From: a virus
Taxonomy: Duplodnaviria > Caudoviricetes
Length of the DNA: 59,902 bases
Direction: 5' to 3' (one strand)
IMG/VR virus record: IMGVR_UViG_3300025323_000513
Span: 1-59,902 of that record
The position numbers and the translations under genes were made by a program. Positions within the stretch are counted from its first letter, which is position 1. The number at the start of each line of letters is the position of its first letter. The notes below the pieces were generated by a model. That model did no database searches. It was given only the letters and a program-made list of their open reading frames with translations, and was not told the DNA's origin. Shown here piece after piece: positions 46,904 to 56,659 of this stretch.

Positions 46904-47758
46904 TTACTTAGAGCGATGACGTGAGCGGTGGGTCAGTCGGTCGATAAGACCTTCTTGGTACTTATCAAATTCCTGTCCGCCCTTTTCTCGGGACTCAGCG
47001 ATGCGCTTGTGATCTTCTTCGGATGGCTTGGTGTAGTCCGGTTCTTTCTGGTGATTACCGCCTTGTGAGCTGTATCCTTCCATTCCAGGTTCGGGCTTTA
47101 CTGTATCGCCATAAAGTTCCTCAAGGATATCTTCCATCGTGCGACCGAGGTTTTCCTCACTCGACATGATGTACTTCCTTACGGCCTCTCTTTTGGCGAC
47201 CTTTCCAAGCTCCGGATTGTCAGCAATCACTCGGTCAAACTCTTTCGAGATTGCACCAGTGATTTGAGCGTTACTGATTTCCTTTGATTGAGCCTCCGTC
47301 TTCTTCTTTATGTCTTTGATGTCTGAAAGGTACTCGTCTTCGAATTGTTTCTTAGACTTTGTGAGCAATGCGTTTGCCAGCTTTCGTGTGAACTCTGGGT
47401 CTGCACTTCCTTCGATGAGCGTTTCGATTTCGTCTTTAGCGTCCTCGCCACGCAAACCTCCCTTCTTGATCTGCTCTTGCAGTTCACGAATGGTTGGAAT
47501 GACCTCGTCACGAATCATTTTTTTCATCTCACGATTCTCTTTCTTGAGGTCGACGATGAGACTGTCTCGGTCGTCACCTTCTTTAGGCTTGCCGCCCTTA
47601 GAATCACTTTCGCCTCCTGCAACTTGTGCAATCGATTGACCATTTGAAGGGTTGTCTGAATCTTTCTTGCCACCCTTATCGGCTGGCTGAGATTCCCCTG
47701 CAGCTTTTCCTGACTTATCGTCAGCGGGCGCTGCATCCTGTGTGTGTGGTTTTGGCAT
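46904..47758 (-). CDS. Capsid scaffolding protein
   Basis: Charged, disordered then coiled-coil protein directly before coat gene. Confidence 0.75.
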   Translation of the reverse strand: MPKPHTQDAAPADDKSGKAAGESQPADKGGKKDSDNPSNGQSIAQVAGGESDSKGGKPKEGDDRDSLIVDLKKENREMKKMIRDEVIPTIRELQEQIKKGGLRGEDAKDEIETLIEGSADPEFTRKLANALLTKSKKQFEDEYLSDIKDIKKKTEAQSKEISNAQITGAISKEFDRVIADNPELGKVAKREAVRKYIMSSEENLGRTMEDILEELYGDTVKPEPGMEGYSSQGGNHQKEPDYTKPSEEDHKRIAESREKGGQEFDKYQEGLIDRLTHRSRHRSK

Positions 47759-47866
47759 ACGTTTTATATTTCGATGGTTTCGCCCCATCGATGCTCCACT
47801 TGGAAACGCTGAGCACTAGCGCGATTAACCTTTTTATTAATAAGAGGTTGGCCCCTCTATGCTCTA

Positions 47867-47904
47867 AGTGTGTTCGAGAAAAAATGCAGAACTGTAGGAA
47901 TTAC
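47867..47904 (-). promoter_or_regulatory. Late promoter motif (scaffold/coat genes)
   Basis: GTAATTCCTACAG-19 nt-CACACT. Confidence 0.7.
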
Positions 47905-47968
47905 TTTTTATAGAAAAAGCCACCGATTTTGGCGGTGGTTTTTTCTTTATCTTTTCTTGAAAATTTCT

Positions 47969-48367
47969 TTACTTCGCAAGGTCTGCTGCTGCACTTGGGC
48001 GTTTGCGAGCAAGCTCATTTAGCAGAGTATCCATGTCTTCATCTGCTCCGACAAAGCGCCTAAGCATCTGCACTGATGCCTCAAATCGAGCAACGATTGA
48101 TACAAGCCGTCCGATTTCTGGATTCTCATGGAGTACCGCAAAGAGTTCATTCATCGCCTTGCGAGATTCATTCTGAAGGCGCTCGATTGTGTCTTTGCCG
48201 GCAGGAGTTTTGCTCCAAGAGACAAGGTCAGCGCTTACATCGATGGCTTTGTTGAGTTCCTCGACTTCGGCATCATCAGCTTGTTGATTTTCTTGTTCAA
48301 CTTCCTGTTGAGCATTGTGCGGACCAGTAAGGTCTGGCTCTGGTTGTGTTTCTTGTGGTTCACTCAT
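47969..48367 (-). CDS. Hypothetical head-module protein
   Basis: In operon between portal and scaffold. Confidence 0.7.
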   Translation of the reverse strand: MSEPQETQPEPDLTGPHNAQQEVEQENQQADDAEVEELNKAIDVSADLVSWSKTPAGKDTIERLQNESRKAMNELFAVLHENPEIGRLVSIVARFEASVQMLRRFVGADEDMDTLLNELARKRPSAAADLAK

Positions 48368-48738
48368 ATTTTTAATTGATTACGGACCTCTTTGTCTTCA
48401 GCGATAAGAGTTCGGAGAATACTTTTCGACATTTTCTCCTGATCCTTGAACTGTTTCGCTTTGTTTTCCTGAATGGCGAGCATGGTCAGAGCAAATCGCT
48501 TTTTGGGCGATAGTTTTTTCATCAACGCTACAAGTTCAGGGTTGGCACGACGAATGTTATCAGCGAGAGACTCTTGCAACTTTGCATTCGCCTCCATTTC
48601 ACGCGCTTGCTTACGAACCTGCTCAATGTTTCGGTTCATTTCGCGCAAAGAAAACTCAGTGACCTGACCATGCTTTGTGATGCGATAGTCGCCTTTATCT
48701 TTTGCTTTCTTTTTTACTCTGTAAGCGAATTTAAGCAT
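48364..48738 (-). CDS. Hypothetical basic protein
   Basis: Coupled start and stop codons. Confidence 0.7.
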   Translation of the reverse strand: MLKFAYRVKKKAKDKGDYRITKHGQVTEFSLREMNRNIEQVRKQAREMEANAKLQESLADNIRRANPELVALMKKLSPKKRFALTMLAIQENKAKQFKDQEKMSKSILRTLIAEDKEVRNQLKI

Positions 48739-49070
48739 TAGAGTGATGCCGAGCCGGCGCTGTTATCGTTGTTTGCTTGCTGATTTTCTTCTCCCTCCAC
48801 ATTTCCGACAGTCGACTCTACCTGACCTTCAGGAGCGATTTCTTGAGACTGTCCGGATTCGGTTGATGATGCTACCTCATCGACAGAGGAATCATCTGAT
48901 TGAATAGGTTCACCATTATTTTTAGAGCCATTCAACTCGTAATCCTCACGAGCCGCTCTCTCAGTTTCGAATAATGGACTACGGAAAATCACAGACCCGT
49001 TCACGTCATAGCGTTTCCAGAGCCACTTTCCTTCAGCCTCTACAAATTTCACATTGTTTGATTCAGACAT
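48738..49070 (-). CDS. Hypothetical protein (YegP-like N-terminus, acidic tail)
   Basis: GKWLWKRYDVNGSVIFRS..FETERAARED. Confidence 0.6.
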   Translation of the reverse strand: MSESNNVKFVEAEGKWLWKRYDVNGSVIFRSPLFETERAAREDYELNGSKNNGEPIQSDDSSVDEVASSTESGQSQEIAPEGQVESTVGNVEGEENQQANNDNSAGSASL

Positions 49071-49087
49071 AAATTTAATTTAATTAA

Positions 49088-51106
49088 TTATTTTGATAAT
49101 GCTGCGGTTACTGCAGCCTCCGCGCCTGGGTCACCAAGCGGGATCTCTCCTGTTGCTGCTAAATCAGTGTTCTCGAGACCGGTTCCATCGACCATTCTTC
49201 CCCCGCCTCCACTGATCAAGCCTGCCTTTGCGGATTCCGCTACCACTGAGCGTGCTGCATTCTTCTCTACAATCGGACTCATCTCATCGATGTAAGCAAA
49301 GACTGCCGCATGCTGTTCAGAAGTGAGCTCGTGATCGTATTTGTCCGAGAGGTCATGGAGTCTTTGCAGGAATGCAGTATTTGCATCCTTATAGGTTGGG
49401 GCTTTATCGCCTCCGATAATAAGTTGGAACGCCTCATCTGCCTGAGCGACTACTTCAATCGCATCATAATCACTGGTATCAAGAAGACGTTTGATTGTGT
49501 CGTCATCGACACCGGCAATTGCTGCCTGAGTTTCAAAGAGAACTTTCTGATTGATTGTCTGGTCACCTTTGTATGATCCGAGGAATGTTAGTTTGTTCTT
49601 GCTATCAGCGAGATTGCTTTGTGCCTCTGCAAGACTTGATTCAACGAGAATGTCGTAGTCGTCTGAGAAAGGTTTCAAATCTCTCGAACTCACCATTTCG
49701 ATTTCAAGACCCATTGGACCGAGAATTTGAACGGCTGTCTTCTTCTTCAAATCTTGCATCACACCTTCTTTGTGCAAGACGGCGAATCGGTAGTAACCTT
49801 CGGCATAGCTTTTGTTTAGGAGACCGAAACGATCTCCTGCTTGCATGAGATTTCCTTCGTAAATTCCGAGTGTGTCCTCATCCCCTGTGCCTTTCACATC
49901 TGCTGTAACTCCACTTTCTGTTTCAGTGATCTGTTCGAGCTTGTCGTACACCTTGAAGGGACCTTCAATCGGAGGAGTCTGGCGTGTTTGCAATACTCTG
50001 TTTACATCTACGTTGCCCTCAATTTCTATATACCCATCTTTTCGATATCTAACCTGTGCGAGATTTCGTACATAATCGACGTTAACCGCAGTCTGAGGTC
50101 TGTTAATCTGCTCTGAGTTATCGAGCGACTGATTGATACTCTTTTCTTGTGCCATGAAGATGCCACGGGCAAAATCACAATACGAAGGAGTCCAAAATTC
50201 ACGAGGGTCAGGGAAACAAGCCCATGTCCAAATCGGATATCTTCCGCTTTTTCTTATTTCAGTCCAAGGCTCACATCGGATGCAGTCACCGGATGGAGTG
50301 ATGACGAGATAGTAGCGATCATCATTCTCATCGGTAGTAATCCATGTATAAAAAATAAACTGATTCTCATTCTTGAAACGTTCTCGGGGTGCACCACTTG
50401 CCTTTCGATTATCTTTGTCGTTATCTTGTTGGGTTTTTGCTTTGGTGTTTGTGCCACCATCAAGCAAATCTTCGACCACTTTCTTGTAATAGATTCCGTC
50501 TTTGATTCCTTTTGAGAGTTGGGCACGAGTGAGTTTGGTATTCCACCATCCGAGGTATGCGGCTTTCTCGACACCGCTACCATCCTCTTCTTCAGTGCAG
50601 AGACCTCCAACGTCTGGGTCAATAAGAAAGTCTTTCGGATCAATGAGGTTGAGCAAACTTCGATACTGACCTTTATCGTTTCTTGTAAGATAGAGATAAA
50701 TTGCACGTCCGTAGATTGCTGCATCTCGCTTACCCATGAGGTCTTTGAAATTCCAACGCCCTATCTTTGCATCCTTATCCTTGATGGCGTTCATGAGTTT
50801 CGACTTCTTCAAGTCAGCCGATTCTCCTTTCACATATTTAAATGTCAGAGGGCTATCAATCTTTGAGAGAATTGTGTGAACGAATCCATGCATCTTGTAG
50901 AGAGGCACTTGTGCTCGAGTATCAGCCTGTTGTGTCGTGCCTCCAAATGGTGAGATGACTGCGGGACTACTTTTATCCGGATTCATCATGTCTTCGTTTT
51001 TATTCCACGCAGACATTCGCGCCTTTTTGTAGCGATATGAAAAATCTATCTCTTTGAGTGCCTGTTGAGCGAGGGCATCTCGTTTCTTGTAATGCGCTAA
51101 TGCCAT
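49088..51106 (-). CDS. Portal protein (podovirus/P22-like)
   Basis: Follows terL; AAIYG, IDPKDFLIDP, ESGVT. Confidence 0.8.
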   Translation of the reverse strand: MALAHYKKRDALAQQALKEIDFSYRYKKARMSAWNKNEDMMNPDKSSPAVISPFGGTTQQADTRAQVPLYKMHGFVHTILSKIDSPLTFKYVKGESADLKKSKLMNAIKDKDAKIGRWNFKDLMGKRDAAIYGRAIYLYLTRNDKGQYRSLLNLIDPKDFLIDPDVGGLCTEEEDGSGVEKAAYLGWWNTKLTRAQLSKGIKDGIYYKKVVEDLLDGGTNTKAKTQQDNDKDNRKASGAPRERFKNENQFIFYTWITTDENDDRYYLVITPSGDCIRCEPWTEIRKSGRYPIWTWACFPDPREFWTPSYCDFARGIFMAQEKSINQSLDNSEQINRPQTAVNVDYVRNLAQVRYRKDGYIEIEGNVDVNRVLQTRQTPPIEGPFKVYDKLEQITETESGVTADVKGTGDEDTLGIYEGNLMQAGDRFGLLNKSYAEGYYRFAVLHKEGVMQDLKKKTAVQILGPMGLEIEMVSSRDLKPFSDDYDILVESSLAEAQSNLADSKNKLTFLGSYKGDQTINQKVLFETQAAIAGVDDDTIKRLLDTSDYDAIEVVAQADEAFQLIIGGDKAPTYKDANTAFLQRLHDLSDKYDHELTSEQHAAVFAYIDEMSPIVEKNAARSVVAESAKAGLISGGGGRMVDGTGLENTDLAATGEIPLGDPGAEAAVTAALSK

Positions 51107-51115
51107 GATGTTTTG

Positions 51116-51153
51116 AGTATGAGCGTGAAAATTGTTCTTTCTGTAGGAATTAC
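51116..51153 (-). promoter_or_regulatory. Late promoter motif (portal)
   Basis: GTAATTCCTACAG-19 nt-CATACT-9 nt-ATG. Confidence 0.75.
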
Positions 51154-51159
51154 TTTCAT

Positions 51160-52839
51160 TTAGATACCGATATCAGGGTATTGAGGACCGATATCCGTGT
51201 ATTCGTCTTCATATGCCGGCTTTATCTTGCCGTATGCAGTATCTATTACCCTTTCTGGTTGGATATCTCGAGGGCGTTCTGTGCCTGCGGGACGTGCAAT
51301 GTCGCTTTGGTATGCTGTCGCATCGCTTGTGTCGTCGTATGGCGAGTCAGGAAAGCGGATTAATTCATTCTCGAGATCATTACATTCACCTTCTAGATGA
51401 AAAACGCTCCGAGTTTCGTATCGGTAAAGCAAACCTGTTCTTATTCGATCTTCCTTCGATCTACCTGCATGTTTGAGCCACATCAATGGTAGGAATATTT
51501 GTCGCATTCTCTGCTCATGACGGAACATCGGTTCAAGACCGCGCGTGAATGCTGTATCTTCCCATCCGAACTTCACAGGAGGAGTACCTGCTTGAATTAG
51601 AAACGCATAGAGTCCGAACATCTTCTCGATGATTGCTGTTGGACCGAGCTTTTCTCTCCATGCTTTCAGATGCCACTTGCCCTCTTTGTCTATCCAGTTG
51701 ATACAGATGCCGACATAGTCTCCCTCCTTACTTACTTCGCCCTCTTTTCTACTTGGAGTGTCGAGCGTTACATATGCGGCCAGTTTCTTTTGCATCAAGT
51801 TTTCCCATGTGACTGTCTGGAACCACTCGCGCTTGAAGATAGCTCGTGTTTCGTCTACCGGCTGACAAAGCATTTCAGCTTGGAAGTCGAGGTCACCTTC
51901 TTCAGGAGTCCACATTGATCTTTTCTTTGCCTCGATACTTAGCTTTCCTGTTTCTTGTGCATCAGCATCCGTTACAGTCCATCGTTCGGGCCATGTAGGA
52001 GTATGCAAACCTTCCATCAAAGTGCCCTGGCAGATTGGCACAACTCGGACCCTGAGTTCGGAATCGACTTTTGCTCTCTCGATAACACTCTGCACGTTTC
52101 CGTATTCGCTTAGAATGTTTCCGAGGTATAGAACTCTGCGCCTTCGAGAGTCGAGACTTCTTTTGAATTCTTGGATGTGTGTACGAATCTGATTTGTAGC
52201 GGCCTCACTCTTGAGAGTCTTCTTTGTTTCAAAGTCATCAAGCAATACGAAACCTGGACGCATTGAGCCGTGCACTCGACCTCGAACACTTTCTTGTGTG
52301 CTGTGTGCCTCGATACGAATACCTTCCTTTGTGATGTTTCCAAAATCATCTTTCATCGGATTCGTCACAAAGTCTTTCACTCTTTTCTGAGTTACCTCAT
52401 CGTGAGTTCTTTTTGTGTTGTACTTTTCCCCGAAGTCTTCAATGAATCGCTGGTTGGTCTGAAGTTCCCATACAATATCGAAAAGGATACGCTCCGAGTT
52501 TGTACTATCGAATGCATCGGTGTTGATGTAGGGCTCGGTGTCATAAGCAATCATGTAAAGAATAAGAGCCTTTGCAAAACTTGTCTTCGCACTTTCACCG
52601 AACATAAACCATGCAACCTCTCTGATGCGATGCTCCAAGAGGTCATGCACGTCAGCCATCATGTCGTAGTGAAAATCCCCGAATTCACTTCGGACATAAT
52701 GTTTCAAGTAGTAGGCTACGAAATATCCAAAATGGTCTTTGATATTATTCGTACGCACCTCCTTGCGTTGCTCCCTCAGTGCTCGGAGACCCTCCGTTGT
52801 CACTGGCTTGAGCGATGCTGTTGGTCTTGGGTTTATCAT
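51160..52839 (-). CDS. terL: Terminase large subunit
   Basis: FGESAKTS, VLLDD, FPDSPYDDTSDA. Confidence 0.9.
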   Translation of the reverse strand: MINPRPTASLKPVTTEGLRALREQRKEVRTNNIKDHFGYFVAYYLKHYVRSEFGDFHYDMMADVHDLLEHRIREVAWFMFGESAKTSFAKALILYMIAYDTEPYINTDAFDSTNSERILFDIVWELQTNQRFIEDFGEKYNTKRTHDEVTQKRVKDFVTNPMKDDFGNITKEGIRIEAHSTQESVRGRVHGSMRPGFVLLDDFETKKTLKSEAATNQIRTHIQEFKRSLDSRRRRVLYLGNILSEYGNVQSVIERAKVDSELRVRVVPICQGTLMEGLHTPTWPERWTVTDADAQETGKLSIEAKKRSMWTPEEGDLDFQAEMLCQPVDETRAIFKREWFQTVTWENLMQKKLAAYVTLDTPSRKEGEVSKEGDYVGICINWIDKEGKWHLKAWREKLGPTAIIEKMFGLYAFLIQAGTPPVKFGWEDTAFTRGLEPMFRHEQRMRQIFLPLMWLKHAGRSKEDRIRTGLLYRYETRSVFHLEGECNDLENELIRFPDSPYDDTSDATAYQSDIARPAGTERPRDIQPERVIDTAYGKIKPAYEDEYTDIGPQYPDIGI

Positions 52840-53329
52840 TTCGGCTAAACATTAATTCGTAATCTTCTATCTCTTTTTGCGTGTATACGACCACGCCGAT
52901 TCTTTCTGTCTTATTGACCTCGAACGTTTGAGGGACTTTTCCATCCACTCGGTCAATGACCATTCCCGCTGCTTTAAGGTTGCCGTCTGCTGCCATCGTT
53001 ATCAGTTTTTTTGCGATCACTTTGTCGTAGGTGACCTTCTGTCCATCCTTGGTTACCCCGCCGACCTCTCGGACCGCATCTCTGAATAAAGTCGAGAAAT
53101 GCCGAGCACCCAGAGGCTTGCCCGGATTACCTGGAAGGAACTGTCCTGTGGCTGGGTCTTTACCCGTATTTTGCCCGTATTTACGGGTGTCAGACGAGTC
53201 TGAAACAGGCTCGGAAACCCCCTTATTTGCCTCCACAGGTGCAGTAGGTTGATCAGCCGTCTGAACGGCTTTAGGAGCCTCCAAAAGGAGCACTTTTTCT
53301 TGTTTGTTTTCATTATTCTTCTGGGTCAT
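52745..53329 (-). CDS. Terminase small subunit (DUF5681-like)
   Basis: GQFLPGNPGKPLG; GNLKA..MVIDRVDGK. Confidence 0.75.
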   Translation of the reverse strand: MTQKNNENKQEKVLLLEAPKAVQTADQPTAPVEANKGVSEPVSDSSDTRKYGQNTGKDPATGQFLPGNPGKPLGARHFSTLFRDAVREVGGVTKDGQKVTYDKVIAKKLITMAADGNLKAAGMVIDRVDGKVPQTFEVNKTERIGVVVYTQKEIEDYELMFSRNDKPKTNSIAQASDNGGSPSTEGATQGGAYE

Positions 53330-54641
53330 GCTCGTATAAGGTCTTTGGCCACATTTCGGACTGGCCGTTCCGGACTACCTGTTCTATGCCGGTGAAATCT
53401 ACCCATCGCTGGACGATTACGTCGACGAACTTCGGGTCGAGTTCGATGCCCGCACAAACACGGCCGGTTTTCTCGCAAGCGATGAGCGTGCTACCGCTAC
53501 CGAGAAATGGATCAACAATTAAATCTTCTGCTTTGGAACTGTTGAAGATTGCATACGTTATTAGTTCGACTGGCTTTTGTGTTGGATGCAGGTACTCATT
53601 CACTTTGTCTCGCCGCATTGTCCAAATCGTGAGCTTTCCTTCAGTCTCAAGTTTCTTTTGTCGTTTTGCCCAATTGATTAGTTTCTGTTCACTATCCTGG
53701 AAGTCGATAATTGTTGAATGTGTGCGATCACCATAGAAGACTGTTTTAGTTCCATCCTTTGATGCGTAGAAGAACGGCTCATGTTTCCATCGGTAGTCGC
53801 CCCACCCCATCGATGCTGTTGGCTTATTCCAGATGAGCTGGTTTCGAATAGCCATTCCGTATTTTTTTAACGCCTTCTCGAATTGTGCTTGTGTTGATGT
53901 TGAGTGGAAGACATACCAACCCGCACCAGTCTTTGCCACCTCAGCGAGACATCCGAATGCTCTCTCGAGGAATGAATCAAATGCCTCTGCATCCATATCG
54001 TCATTCATGATTCCCTCGCTTGTTTTCTTTCCTCGCCCTGAGTAATTCACGTTGTATGGTGGATCGGTAAAGATGCAGTCTGCTTTCCTTTGCTGGACCG
54101 ACTTGTCATAGGCATCTTTGTCAGTTGAATCTCCACAGACAACAGTGTGCGGACCGAGTTGGTATACGTCACCTATTTTTGTTTTCGGCTCTATGGGCGT
54201 TTCGGGAACTATGTCATCTTTCTCATCGTCTTCGAGAATGATGTCTCTATCAAAGCCTGTGAGAGTGATATCGAATCCTGCGGCATCGAGGTCTTTGAGC
54301 TCATCAGTTATGAGTACCATGTCCTGACCAGTGAGTGCGTTGAGTTGATTGTCTGCTATTCGATACGCTTTGATTTCGTCTTCGTTCAGGTCATCGACCA
54401 TGACATAAGGGATTGCTGCCTCACCTTTCTTCGTGAATGCCTTTTGCTCCATGAGCGTGTAGCCGAGGAGTTCGGTCATTGCAATAAAGCGTCCGTGCCC
54501 TGCAACTATCACACCCGCAGCATCGAGGACGATCGGTTGCTTACATCCGAATGCTTTTATCGAACTTGCGATTTTCTCAAGCTGAAAGCCTGGGTGTTCT
54601 TTGGCATTCTTATCGTATTTTTTTACGTCAGTTATTTGCAT
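53313..54641 (-). CDS. ParB-domain amino-DNA methyltransferase
   Basis: AGHGR, YRIADN, DPPY, HPTQKP, DPFLGSG. Confidence 0.92.
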   Translation of the reverse strand: MQITDVKKYDKNAKEHPGFQLEKIASSIKAFGCKQPIVLDAAGVIVAGHGRFIAMTELLGYTLMEQKAFTKKGEAAIPYVMVDDLNEDEIKAYRIADNQLNALTGQDMVLITDELKDLDAAGFDITLTGFDRDIILEDDEKDDIVPETPIEPKTKIGDVYQLGPHTVVCGDSTDKDAYDKSVQQRKADCIFTDPPYNVNYSGRGKKTSEGIMNDDMDAEAFDSFLERAFGCLAEVAKTGAGWYVFHSTSTQAQFEKALKKYGMAIRNQLIWNKPTASMGWGDYRWKHEPFFYASKDGTKTVFYGDRTHSTIIDFQDSEQKLINWAKRQKKLETEGKLTIWTMRRDKVNEYLHPTQKPVELITYAIFNSSKAEDLIVDPFLGSGSTLIACEKTGRVCAGIELDPKFVDVIVQRWVDFTGIEQVVRNGQSEMWPKTLYEHDPEE

Positions 54642-54642
54642 A

Positions 54643-55053
54643 TTAGTTTTTTTCCATCCAACCCACCATGCTCGACTCGTTGCATGCACCAACTTTGCCG
54701 TCATCGTCGATGTACTCATAGGTGGGTTTGCCTTTTTCTGTTGGCAGGATGCCGATTACAAGACGCTCTATTCCTTTTCTGTTGCGACAGATAGTACCGA
54801 AGGTGTAAGTCATCTTTTGATTTGGATTCTTCTTTTCCCAATGATGGCGGAGTGCTGCGAAGAATTCTCCTTGGACCGTTTCAAGGAAGGCGATAATTGC
54901 TCCCCTGCTGTCTGTTTTGAAAATTGGCAGGAGACTATGTGCGCCGATAATCCAAGCACCGACAAAGTCCGGACGTGCCGTAAGGAATCTTGCCGATAGG
55001 CTTATTGGATTCAGCACGGGTTTTGTTTCTTTTTTTGTGTTCTTTTTTGGCAT
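54643..55053 (-). CDS. Hypothetical protein
   Basis: In operon. Confidence 0.65.
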   Translation of the reverse strand: MPKKNTKKETKPVLNPISLSARFLTARPDFVGAWIIGAHSLLPIFKTDSRGAIIAFLETVQGEFFAALRHHWEKKNPNQKMTYTFGTICRNRKGIERLVIGILPTEKGKPTYEYIDDDGKVGACNESSMVGWMEKN

Positions 55054-55068
55054 ATGAATTAATTATTT

Positions 55069-55452
55069 TTAATGGTTATGACATGTCGCATCTGACTCGA
55101 GTATTTCATTGCAGACACTGCATCTCTTAATCCAGAGATGATGCGCGCACGCCTGTCTCTTTCTTTCTTGCCCGAGCATCTGAATATATTCGTAAGAGCC
55201 TTTTACTTTCTTCAGGTATTTTTCTTTCTGTCTCTCCCTGTAGACCTTTACTATTTCTTCAGGCATGTACTTTGGCATTGCAACCCTTCGAACCCATCCG
55301 TTGTTCCCTGCGTGGAATCTAATCGCGCGAGGATCAACTTTGAAGAAACGTGATATCCACAGAATCTTCCAGCCACAGTCTTCATACTGCTTTCTAGCCT
55401 CATCGATTTGTGAGGCATTTAATTTGTGCCGTGGGTTATTTGCGTTGAACAT
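55069..55452 (-). CDS. HTH + Cys/His protein (late regulator candidate)
   Basis: KLNASQIDEARKQY...ISRFFKVDPRAIRFH; C-terminal CAH..CSVC. Confidence 0.6.
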   Translation of the reverse strand: MFNANNPRHKLNASQIDEARKQYEDCGWKILWISRFFKVDPRAIRFHAGNNGWVRRVAMPKYMPEEIVKVYRERQKEKYLKKVKGSYEYIQMLGQERKRQACAHHLWIKRCSVCNEILESDATCHNH

Positions 55453-56659
55453 AGCTTTTTCTAGACCCAGTGAAGAGGAGTTTTCCGATGATTGCCTGGA
55501 CCGCGTTCACTGTTACCGCATTGCCTAGGGTTTTATATCTTTGCGAATCACTTACGCCTTTCGTCCATCCATCCGGGAAGCCTTGGAGTCGTTCGCATTC
55601 TGTGGGAGTGAGTCTTCGTATCTTCATATCTGGAGTTAACGTGTGCTGTTGCATTCCGGTATCCAGTGTCTGCGCTACGTCGCTCACTCTGCCTCGCCGA
55701 GTCTTGCTATTCGGGACTGCAAGATTTATTGATTGACCGACCTTCGCCTCCGCATATCCCTTCTTGGTCGCCTCTTTAATGCGGACGGCATACAATCCTG
55801 TCTTTGCTCCGAGACCACCGGCTTGACTTGCAAGCGTGACGGAGATTCCTCTCGGATCGTAGACTCTATTTCCTTGACTACCGCCTATGATTTGACGTGG
55901 CGATCTTTTACCAACATAAGTTCCGTTTGAGTCAGCGGTAACTCGTGTCGTGATGGTTGGTAGGACAATATCCTCGCTGTTGTTTTCGGTGAAAGGAAAT
56001 ACTTTTGGTCGGGCTGTTCCTCTAAGATGTCCAACAATGAACACGCGCTCCCGATTCTGTGGGACTCCGAAATTCTTTGAGTTAAGCACCTGCCACTGAA
56101 TGTCGTACCCCAATTTTGCAAGCGTGGAGATAATGGTTTTGAAAGTGTCGCCATTGTCATGAGATAGCAATCCTTTGACGTTCTCCAATAGGACAAGCCT
56201 TGGTTTTTTACTTCTGAGAATGCGTGCGATGTCAAAAAAGAGCGTACCGCGCGTATCTTCGAAACCTTTCCTTTTACCAGCAATCGAGAAAGCCTGGCAC
56301 GGAAATCCTCCGACCAGTAGGTCGAAATCGGGCAGTTTGTTTGGTTTGATTTTTGTGATGTCTCCATAGTTTTTGTGTTCAGGGAATCGCTTTTGGTATA
56401 TCTCGATCGCATGCTTGTCGATTTCCGAGTAACCCACGCAAGTAAGCGGTTTTTGTCGTGAGCCGTTGCGGTGATTGTGTTGGCTAGTCCGTCCTCTCGA
56501 GGGACCAGAACTTTTAAGCTGCGAGTATCCTTTACCACCCCGAGTCTTCTCAGTTGCTTTGCCTCCTCGGTTCGCCTTTCGGTCAGCTGTTTCCACATAT
56601 GCGTTGAGTATGCCTAGCTCGAACCCGCCGATGCCGGAAAATAGGCTGAGATACTTCAT
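55436..56659 (-). CDS. C5-cytosine DNA methyltransferase
   Basis: All C5 motifs present; paralog of 16161-17288. Confidence 0.95.
   Translation of the reverse strand: MKYLSLFSGIGGFELGILNAYVETADRKANRGGKATEKTRGGKGYSQLKSSGPSRGRTSQHNHRNGSRQKPLTCVGYSEIDKHAIEIYQKRFPEHKNYGDITKIKPNKLPDFDLLVGGFPCQAFSIAGKRKGFEDTRGTLFFDIARILRSKKPRLVLLENVKGLLSHDNGDTFKTIISTLAKLGYDIQWQVLNSKNFGVPQNRERVFIVGHLRGTARPKVFPFTENNSEDIVLPTITTRVTADSNGTYVGKRSPRQIIGGSQGNRVYDPRGISVTLASQAGGLGAKTGLYAVRIKEATKKGYAEAKVGQSINLAVPNSKTRRGRVSDVAQTLDTGMQQHTLTPDMKIRRLTPTECERLQGFPDGWTKGVSDSQRYKTLGNAVTVNAVQAIIGKLLFTGSRKSYVQRK
55885..56598 (-). CDS. Alternative-frame ORF inside the C5 methylase
   Basis: 237 aa; homologous to 16517-17227. Confidence 0.7.
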   Translation of the reverse strand: MWKQLTERRTEEAKQLRRLGVVKDTRSLKVLVPREDGLANTITATAHDKNRLLAWVTRKSTSMRSRYTKSDSLNTKTMETSQKSNQTNCPISTYWSEDFRARLSRLLVKGKVSKIRAVRSFLTSHAFSEVKNQGLSYWRTSKDCYLMTMATLSKPLSPRLQNWGTTFSGRCLTQRISESHRIGSACSLLDILEEQPDQKYFLSPKTTARILSYQPSRHELPLTQTELMLVKDRHVKS

